A DNA stretch of 24,978 nucleotides, taken from IMG/VR virus record IMGVR_UViG_3300037420_002492, positions 1 to 24,978 of that record, one strand, 5' to 3'. Of this stretch, positions 8,124 through 14,849 are shown piece after piece. How positions within the stretch are numbered: the stretch's first letter is position 1; every line of letters begins with the position of its first letter. The stretch comes from a virus. Its lineage: Duplodnaviria; Caudoviricetes. Both the position numbers and the translations under genes were made by a program. The notes beneath the pieces are model-generated. The model was not told where the DNA came from and did not search any database. It worked only from the letters and a program-made list of their open reading frames with translations.

Positions 8124-9617
8124 TTAAGTACTCGACATCTGTTCAATCTCGGCTTCTAACTCAGCTTGAAGTTTGGGAGGAAGGTTCCCGATCATGAAGT
8201 CACTGAGCCTAGAATAAACAGACTTAAACAAGATCGGAGGTAAGTTAGCCCGGAGAGAATCAATATTAAGGTCGGACAACACCTGCACTTGGCTGATGAA
8301 GGTGTCAACATGATCGGATTGGAATCTGTTTAAGCCACTGACGGAGAGCTGAGGATTGACTCCTTGTGATCTAGCAACTAGCTGGTAGACATCTTCCAGG
8401 ACATCAACGAGGAAGGTTCCATAGCTCTTGAGGGTGTCTTCCTGCTCCTGAAAGTCAAAAGCCTTGGATAAGCCACTCTGCTCGACAGCACCTTTGGTGG
8501 AACCACTCACTCCACCTTGATTGATCAACGATCGGACTTGAGCCTCTAACTGCTCCAGGGATTTCTCCAGTTGAGGAAGAATCTTACCTTCAGCTTCCTT
8601 CCAATCAAAATCACCTCCTTGAAGTACATACTGCAATCCGGTCGGAGGTGGAGATCCATCAACGTAAGAGGAACTCAGATCGGAGTCAGGAGTGAGTTGA
8701 GGCTTCCAGGTTCGTTGAACGTAGAGGAAGGTTTCCAGATCATGCTTATGGCAGGAAACCCTCAGGTGGGCTAAAGCAATATTGACAACCTGATCACCTA
8801 CCCACAGATCAGCAGGAAGCTCAGCCAGAATCAGAGGTGTCGTTCCTAAGCTATGAGAGACTGGCTCAGACTCTAAGGGGATCTTAGTATCCTTGTTGAT
8901 CGGAACAAACTCACCTTTTGAATCCAGGATAGAAACAATCTGACCATCCCGACTAAACTCAAAGATGCCACTGTACTTGACGATCGATTGATTGTCGATG
9001 AAAGTCCAAGTGACCTTGTTCAGTGGAGGCTTAAGGGGGCTTTCCTGATACACAGAGACTTGCCTTAGCTTGACCCACTTAGGCTTATGAGGACCTTCCA
9101 ATTCCCAAGCAATCACCTGATCGGCAGGATAGAGATTGATGTAAGGTCTTAGTCCGAGTGCTTCTTCCTGAGCTTTGTTTGTCGGTCGGATCGGACTGAA
9201 GGGTTTTTCGACATGCAGCCAAACTCGTTTGAACTTCAGACACTCCGAAAGGATTTCAGCAACTAGTTCTTTCTCATCACGTTTTCCATAGAGGTCAGTT
9301 GCCGATCGGAATGTCTGCCAGAAGTCAGCATCTGATTCAGCAGTCATAACCTCTAGGCTTCCATTCTCCAGCTTAGAGACTTGGCTATTTAGGGTTGAAG
9401 CAAGGAGGTTGATATAGAGGAACTTACTGAGCCGGTGCTTGTAAATTTGAGGGTCTTCACTCGGCCGTTGAGGAAGGTACTCAGCTATTCGAGACTCAAG
9501 CTGGTGGCCTCCTTGGTACAAGTCATTGATTTTCGTGAAGGTAGGGAGTAGATCGTTGAACTCAGGTGAAGTGGTTTCTAGGGTGGAGAGTTCTAATTCA
9601 GTGGGATAAACGAACAT
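8124..9617 (-). CDS. Portal protein (497 aa)
   Basis: Immediately after terL. DLYQGG...YLPQRPSED..IYKHRL N-terminus and EQSGLSKAFD motif typical of portals. Confidence 0.85.
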   Translation of the reverse strand: MFVYPTELELSTLETTSPEFNDLLPTFTKINDLYQGGHQLESRIAEYLPQRPSEDPQIYKHRLSKFLYINLLASTLNSQVSKLENGSLEVMTAESDADFWQTFRSATDLYGKRDEKELVAEILSECLKFKRVWLHVEKPFSPIRPTNKAQEEALGLRPYINLYPADQVIAWELEGPHKPKWVKLRQVSVYQESPLKPPLNKVTWTFIDNQSIVKYSGIFEFSRDGQIVSILDSKGEFVPINKDTKIPLESEPVSHSLGTTPLILAELPADLWVGDQVVNIALAHLRVSCHKHDLETFLYVQRTWKPQLTPDSDLSSSYVDGSPPPTGLQYVLQGGDFDWKEAEGKILPQLEKSLEQLEAQVRSLINQGGVSGSTKGAVEQSGLSKAFDFQEQEDTLKSYGTFLVDVLEDVYQLVARSQGVNPQLSVSGLNRFQSDHVDTFISQVQVLSDLNIDSLRANLPPILFKSVYSRLSDFMIGNLPPKLQAELEAEIEQMSST

Positions 9618-9619
9618 AG

Positions 9620-10882
9620 TTAAGCGGCGTTTCTATTCAGGTCGTGTTTCATCTCAACGATCGGGATGACATATCTAAACGAGTCCAGGTCATGGTCAGA
9701 TTGACCGTCAGCAGGCTTTTCCAGGACGTTACCTTCCCGGTCTTGAGCCTTGTGATAAGACCGAATGTTCTGAATCAACTGCTCTAAAGGTCGATAAACA
9801 AACAATCTGTTTTGGTAGAAAAGACTGTTGATAATTCCGATCCCCTCCAAGACACCAGGCTTATTTCGAGGAGATGTGACCGCTCTCTTCAGTCCCGGAA
9901 TATCTCTGGCATTACCTAGTCTTCTAAGAGCAATGACAACTGAGGGTCGATCGTCAGGAACATAAACCCGATGGGCATTATGTTTTACACATAGGTTGAG
10001 AACAGCTTGATTGACTTCATCCGAGGTTATTGGAGATTGTGGATGGGAGTTATACCAGGCATCAATCAGAAAGTAACGATCGGAACTGATTCCGATCACT
10101 GTAGCTGCCGGATTAGTCTCTCCATGATCCAGACCCACCAGAACATCATCGAAGGAAGGTAGGATGTCCACGATATGGGAATCATCGAACTGATCGTAAA
10201 ACTGACCAGAGAAAGTCTCCCAGCTAGCTTCAAACTCCTGTGAGTAGGTTTTAGGTGGCAGGATAAGCTTGGCTTGTTCCCTGAGTGACCGAGGATGAAA
10301 AGGGTTGTCAGCAGAAATGAAGCTGAAGTAAGCCCAGTTAGGAGTCTTCAAAGCTCGAAGATGAAACTGGTAAAAGAAGGAACTCTTACCTTTTGGTGTG
10401 CCTACGATCGTGGCTCCAAACTGACCTGTCGGATCTCTAAAACAAGGGGTAATGATTTCGTCCCAAGTGCTAGAAGGAAACAGTTGGAACTCTTCAGCAC
10501 CAGCCCAAACTAAATTCTTACCTCGAATCTTTTCACCACCATCATCCACACCAGCTAGGGAAAGGATTGGTAGATCACCGTGAAAGTAAATCTTGTAGCC
10601 ACTCCGATCGATCCTCTTAGTGACTGGACAGTTCTCAAACAAAGCCAGTAGGCTATCCCAGTGGAGGGATTTGCACATCTTCAAGGTCGGAGCAATCAAG
10701 CAAACCTCTTGAGGAGATTCAGGGTCGAATTTACCCTTGAAGGTGAAGATGGCTTTGATGGCTTCAGCTCTAAGCAGCCGACTCTTCCCCCAACCCCGAC
10801 CGGAACAAATCACTTTGACATTAGCAGGGTGATTCAGAACCTCGTATTGAGAGGAATGCAGGTTGATAGAAAGCTTATTCAT
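9620..10882 (-). CDS. terL: Terminase large subunit (probable start ATG at 10882)
   Basis: Walker A GRGWGKS; IRG..LVWAGAEE Walker B region; GTPKG coupling motif; nuclease VGLDHG and DHDLDSFRY. Start overlaps the terS stop. Confidence 0.93.
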   Translation of the reverse strand: MNKLSINLHSSQYEVLNHPANVKVICSGRGWGKSRLLRAEAIKAIFTFKGKFDPESPQEVCLIAPTLKMCKSLHWDSLLALFENCPVTKRIDRSGYKIYFHGDLPILSLAGVDDGGEKIRGKNLVWAGAEEFQLFPSSTWDEIITPCFRDPTGQFGATIVGTPKGKSSFFYQFHLRALKTPNWAYFSFISADNPFHPRSLREQAKLILPPKTYSQEFEASWETFSGQFYDQFDDSHIVDILPSFDDVLVGLDHGETNPAATVIGISSDRYFLIDAWYNSHPQSPITSDEVNQAVLNLCVKHNAHRVYVPDDRPSVVIALRRLGNARDIPGLKRAVTSPRNKPGVLEGIGIINSLFYQNRLFVYRPLEQLIQNIRSYHKAQDREGNVLEKPADGQSDHDLDSFRYVIPIVEMKHDLNRNAA

Positions 10883-11357
10883 CAACACCTTCTTCCAGCT
10901 CAGGAGGTTCAGCAAGCCCGAATATGACCTGGAAGGAATTACCGGTATTCTGATCGTCCGATTTAACCTGACCTAGTACCCTTTCTAGAATTTGAGGAGT
11001 CGGTAGCACCTGTTCGACCGATGACAGTTGATGCACTACACCATTCCGATCGAGCACCTCTCTCATAGACCAACGAAAAGCTTTACCAGCTAGAACGTTG
11101 TGAATGTAACTCTCAGCCAGTTCTTTCTGAGCACCGAGTTGACTCTGCTTAAAGGTTAAAAAGTCTTGACGGGCTTTCTCAACATTCTCATTAAATTCAG
11201 GGTAGAGAGAAATCCATTTGTAAAAGGTTTGATGACTGACATCATTCCTTTCATAACCAAGACGATCGGAGCCAGTCTCCCGAATAGTTTGGCAAATAGC
11301 TTCTACAAGGTCTGAGGTATATCGACTCTTTCGACCTCCGGTTTTGGGTTTAGTCAT
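10875..11357 (-). CDS. terS: Terminase small subunit (160 aa)
   Basis: GRKSRYT..LVEAIC, then HTH-like VSHQTFYKWI..YPEF...VEKAR; directly upstream of terL. Confidence 0.8.
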   Translation of the reverse strand: MTKPKTGGRKSRYTSDLVEAICQTIRETGSDRLGYERNDVSHQTFYKWISLYPEFNENVEKARQDFLTFKQSQLGAQKELAESYIHNVLAGKAFRWSMREVLDRNGVVHQLSSVEQVLPTPQILERVLGQVKSDDQNTGNSFQVIFGLAEPPELEEGVDE

Positions 11358-11470
11358 AGGGTGGGATATCTTGTCGAGCTTTCAGGGCGATCGTGGGGTG
11401 AGTAGGTGGTACCAAGCAGCTAAAAGCTCAGTTTTTAAGAGGGAGAGGGGTAAATACTGGTAAATAAGAG

Positions 11471-11527
11471 TGGCTCCTGTTCGATCACCTTGCTTTAAAA
11501 ACAGGTAGAGGGATCGAACAGGAGCCA
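11471..11527. repeat. Perfect 16-bp inverted repeat upstream of terS
   Basis: TGGCTCCTGTTCGATC (11471-11486) and GATCGAACAGGAGCCA (11512-11527). Confidence 0.85.
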
Positions 11528-11619
11528 AAATTAACAACTTAAATATGAGAAGCAGGTAGGGAGTAACCTTAATTCCAAGCAAGGCTCCCCTACCATATAC
11601 AGGTGTTCTAATTTGAAGG

Positions 11620-12468
11620 CTAAATCACCTTGAGTAACAGATCGGAGAGTAGGGTTAAAGCCTCAATGAGGATGGTGGATTGGTAGCTATTAAGGTCGAC
11701 GTGGTGGCTCTGGTGGAAGTGTGAGTAGAAGCTGGCTTCAAGTTCTAGAGGGGCCGATGAAAACTGGTATCGAAGGACAACCTGCTGTTCTTGGCTTAGT
11801 TGACTGAGACAGTCTTGAAGGGTGGCTTCGTCAATCAAGCTCCAAAGGGAATTTACCGGATTTAGTTGAGATAGGGGTCGATAAATCCGATCGAGCAGGT
11901 GGTCACAATCGTTTAGGCTCCCGGCATAGAAGGCTACTAGGACGGCTTGAAGGTCTTCCAGGTTGATGTAGGAGGTAGAGGAGACAGAAGAAGCTGAGGT
12001 AGGAATAAAGGAGGATTCAGGGTCGACTTGAATGTACTGGTATTGCTGACCGTAGAGAAGCTGGTAGCCTGCTTCAAGACGATCGTTCAAGTAAGAGGAA
12101 TAGGTCAACAGCTCATCTAGAGGGTAGTCTCTACAGCATTCAGCACGAGTCAGTCGGTCTTCCTGGCTAGCTGTCATTAGGTTATTGTCGACCACCAAGG
12201 CTGCTATGTTTTGCTTGATCCACTCCTCGACCTCCGATCGTTCAGACTCAGTGAGGGTGAGGAGGATTTCCTTTCTTAGGACGTGGAGCAGGCAGCCCTC
12301 TTGACCTCGTAGGTTAGCTAGGAAGCAGGGACCGAATTCACGACTCATTCGATAGTGGAGAGTTGAAGGGGTTACTCCCAATTCTTTAGCTAAAGATCGT
12401 AAGGAAAGGTCAGGATTAGTAGCAAGACGATCGTAAGCTGTTTGAATATGAGAACGATTAAGTTTCAT
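11620..12468 (-). CDS. HTH DNA-binding protein with a degenerate sigma-70 region 4-like C-terminus (282 aa); candidate late regulator
   Basis: N-terminal HTH LSLRSLAKELGVTPSTLHYRM; C-terminal LQDCLSQLSQEQQVVLRYQF; lies directly upstream of the morphogenesis operon. Confidence 0.55.
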   Translation of the reverse strand: MKLNRSHIQTAYDRLATNPDLSLRSLAKELGVTPSTLHYRMSREFGPCFLANLRGQEGCLLHVLRKEILLTLTESERSEVEEWIKQNIAALVVDNNLMTASQEDRLTRAECCRDYPLDELLTYSSYLNDRLEAGYQLLYGQQYQYIQVDPESSFIPTSASSVSSTSYINLEDLQAVLVAFYAGSLNDCDHLLDRIYRPLSQLNPVNSLWSLIDEATLQDCLSQLSQEQQVVLRYQFSSAPLELEASFYSHFHQSHHVDLNSYQSTILIEALTLLSDLLLKVI

Positions 12469-12603
12469 AAGGATGCACTATTTGGAATTAAGGTTGTTTA
12501 TTCCTTTAAATCAAATAAGTGATCGTGTTATGTAAGCTTTATTCAGGGCAGATTTCAGGCGATTTTAATTAAACCGATCGAATCGGTAACTATTGCCTAG
12601 AAG

Positions 12604-13347
12604 ATGTTTGGAAAGGGAGAAACAATGAGGTTAGTTAAAACAAATTCCTATAAGAAAATGGCAAGCTCTAAAAACAGTTTTCATAATTGCAGATACCCTT
12701 ATACATACTTCAGTTCGAAATTCGGTTTTAAAGAACCTTTTTACTGTTCTAACAATATGAATATCTATCCCTACGAGGTTATGGATGAAGCCCTCCGATC
12801 GTATATTCAGGAATATCGTCACGATTGGGAAATACTTTGGAGTCTAGTCATCTTTTCCCAATCCGATCAGCAGGTAGCAACGACAATCAATCAGGATAGA
12901 AAATACGTGAGAAGACGATTAGCAAAGTTTACTCACTTCATTAATAAATTTATTGCAGGTAAAGAGATCGGTACCTTTCAAAAGGGCTGGACTTTTTATA
13001 AAGAAATCACTAGGCAAGCAGTATTTAACAGGTTTGAGAACCGATCGATCGATTTGGATTCAATTAAGCTTAAAAAGGTTGATGGTGTGAAAAGAATTTA
13101 CTTCAAAACACTAAGTCAATTACTGGTCACCGATTACGGATTGATCAGAACGTGGATTCAAAGGGATTTAGATCTTAGTCAGGTGCATACCGAGTTTAAG
13201 ACGATCATGATAAGAAGAAAGCCAGTAGAAATGCCCTACTACTCCCTGACTTACGATCAAGCTGTCTTGATTGCTAAGAAACATGAGTATCCTGAAATTG
13301 TAAATGCAGCAATTACTGAGCTAAACTACATTTTTAGTAAGAATTAA
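12604..13347 (+). CDS. Putative regulator: HTH plus Rha/AntA-like C-terminal region (start uncertain)
   Basis: SDQQVATTINQDRKYVRRRL is HTH-like; EMPYYSLTYDQAVLIA resembles Rha/antirepressor C-terminal motifs. Confidence 0.45.
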   Translation: MFGKGETMRLVKTNSYKKMASSKNSFHNCRYPYTYFSSKFGFKEPFYCSNNMNIYPYEVMDEALRSYIQEYRHDWEILWSLVIFSQSDQQVATTINQDRKYVRRRLAKFTHFINKFIAGKEIGTFQKGWTFYKEITRQAVFNRFENRSIDLDSIKLKKVDGVKRIYFKTLSQLLVTDYGLIRTWIQRDLDLSQVHTEFKTIMIRRKPVEMPYYSLTYDQAVLIAKKHEYPEIVNAAITELNYIFSKN

Positions 13348-13349
13348 AT

Positions 13350-13637
13350 ATGACTGACTTGAAATTAATGAAAACCCTGAGAGGTCGGGCCGATTTTCTG
13401 ATGAATTGCAGCTGGAAAACAGAAAAGCAGTACCTCGATTGGGTGTATGAACTATACAGAACAGGAATTGCTTTCGATTACCTGGAGGGCCCTGATACTC
13501 ATGCACTTAAACTCGATCGTTGGATCGATAAATTCACAAAAGTAGCTCAGGAAAATAATCAATCAATCGAATTAACCCTGGCTAGAATCCAAAAAGTACA
13601 ATCCGATTGGAAAAGGGTCAGGTTGAGGAAGGATTAA
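13350..13637 (+). CDS. Hypothetical phage protein (95 aa)
   Basis: Starts directly after the upstream stop; same strand; plausible composition. Confidence 0.6.
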   Translation: MTDLKLMKTLRGRADFLMNCSWKTEKQYLDWVYELYRTGIAFDYLEGPDTHALKLDRWIDKFTKVAQENNQSIELTLARIQKVQSDWKRVRLRKD

Positions 13638-13750
13638 CGGTTATTGATCCGTTTGGAAATGAAATTATCTTGACTGAAAAGGCTAGACCTAAGGCTAAAG
13701 GATTTGGTACCGATCGGAGTAAGAAGAAGACCAAACTTAAGGTGGCTTAG
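13607..13750 (+). CDS. Small basic ORF (47 aa, TTG start) or frameshifted tail of the upstream gene
   Basis: LEKGQVEEGLTVIDPFGNEIILTEKARPKAKGFGTDRSKKKTKLKVA; ends shortly before the operon terminator. Confidence 0.35.
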   Translation: MEKGQVEEGLTVIDPFGNEIILTEKARPKAKGFGTDRSKKKTKLKVA

Positions 13751-13806
13751 CTATAATTTAAGGGCAAGTAGCAAGTTGCTATTCTGGCAGTATTCAGTAA
13801 AGGAGA

Positions 13807-13837
13807 GGCTCGGAGTTTTGATACTTCGGGCTTTTTT
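13807..13837 (+). terminator. Intrinsic terminator of the 12604-13750 operon
   Basis: GGCTCGGAGT-TTTGAT-ACTTCGGGCT with G-U pairs valid on the + strand, then a T-run. Confidence 0.7.
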
Positions 13838-14425
13838 GTTGGTTATTTTGTACTGATACGCTATATATGGTGTAGAAGGTCTGAAAGGAAGGCTGAAACA
13901 CTAGGATTTAGAAGACTTAGACTTAAATCGATCAGGAAGATCACTCAAATTTGTGAAAGGTCAATTCATACCAGAAGCAAGCTGAACAGGGTTTAAACAG
14001 GCACTCAGACCCCTCAGATTGAACGATCACTGAAAGTAAAGTTGGTTATGTAAATTAGCCAAGTGAAAATCGGTCGGCCCCAAGCTGGTTTGAAAAAGTC
14101 ACGAGTCGGGGATTGGCTAGTGTTGGGGCTTATCCCCAGTTATAAGACAACCGGCCTTGAAACCCTTACAAATCAAGGGTTTTTTTTGCCCAGGTTCCCT
14201 TTTTTAGCCCGATCTTTTTACCCTGGGCGGAAGAATAATAGTGATTTTCAATCTGATCGTTCAGCTAGCTCTCTTTACCTGCTCACCACTAGATGTGGTC
14301 TTAGCTCCTTTTAACTGCCGATCATTTTGAGTGATGGATCGATCGTAGTCGATCCTAAGTTTAAATATGCCTTTTATTTTCAATGGTTCCTGTTAAGCAA
14401 ATTCCCACTTTCTTCCCGTTTCCTT

Positions 14426-14462
14426 TGTTATATTAATACGGTAAAGAAAACGAAAGAAAACG
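14426..14462 (+). promoter_or_regulatory. Putative extended -10 promoter and tandem operator for the HTH-polB operon
   Basis: TGTTATATT at 14426-14434; exact tandem AAAGAAAACG at 14443-14452 and 14453-14462. Confidence 0.45.
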
Positions 14463-14477
14463 ATTGAAAATCAAACA

Positions 14478-14684
14478 ATGACTATGACTAACGAAGTTAT
14501 TCCTACCGATCTGATCTCGACTAAAAAAGCTGCTGAAATGTTTGGATTTAAAGACGGTTCTGCTGTTCGATACTACGTCACTACTAATCGAATCAAGGGC
14601 TACAAGAACAGAAAAGGGTTTATGTTCATTTCCGAATCTGAATTTAGAGATGTGCTACGTCCCGACTTCCAATCGGTCAATTAA
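14478..14684 (+). CDS. Excisionase-like (HTH_17/MerR-type winged helix) DNA-binding protein (68 aa)
   Basis: LISTKKAAEMFG...SAVRYYVTTNRIKGYK....MFISESE fits the Xis/HTH_17 pattern. Confidence 0.7.
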   Translation: MTMTNEVIPTDLISTKKAAEMFGFKDGSAVRYYVTTNRIKGYKNRKGFMFISESEFRDVLRPDFQSVN

Positions 14685-14732
14685 CTGCCTAGGAAATGCC
14701 ACCTCCGATCGTCTAGAAATAATCGGAGATGT

Positions 14733-14847
14733 GAAAAACCCACCTCTCCTTGCCGGGAAAGATGGGTTCAGAAAACCTAAATAATTGCTCAACTGAATAA
14801 CTAGTCACTCGGACAACTGAATAACCAATTACTCTGACAATTGAATA
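14733..14847 (-). ncRNA. Predicted antisense RNA (~115 nt) against the polB leader
   Basis: Minus-strand extended -10 TGTGCTAAAAT (14863-14853). Minus-strand hairpin AACCCATCTTTCC-CGGCAA-GGAGAGGTGGGTT plus T-run (14768-14734), whose two G-U pairs form only on the minus strand. Confidence 0.5.
14790..14847 (+). repeat. Imperfect 24-bp tandem repeat (about 2.4 units) before the polB start
   Basis: CAACTGAATAACTAGTCACTCGGA / CAACTGAATAACCAATTACTCTGA / CAATTGAATA at 14790, 14814 and 14838. Confidence 0.75.
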
Positions 14848-14849
14848 CT

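Noticed and set aside
773-10927. Many + strand ORFs, and the out-of-frame minus-strand ORF 2503..2700, within the structural operon
   Set aside because: They lie opposite or inside well-supported phage genes and have no recognisable motifs; treated as shadow ORFs.
11382-11582. 66-aa minus-strand ORF upstream of terS
   Set aside because: TTG start, runs through a long inverted repeat, no motif; more likely a non-coding leader.
14063-14314. 83-aa + strand ORF
   Set aside because: GTG start, crosses palindromes and a T-run, atypical composition.
14542-14784. 80-aa ORF overlapping the HTH gene
   Set aside because: Out-of-frame overlap with a better-supported gene and runs through the antisense terminator.
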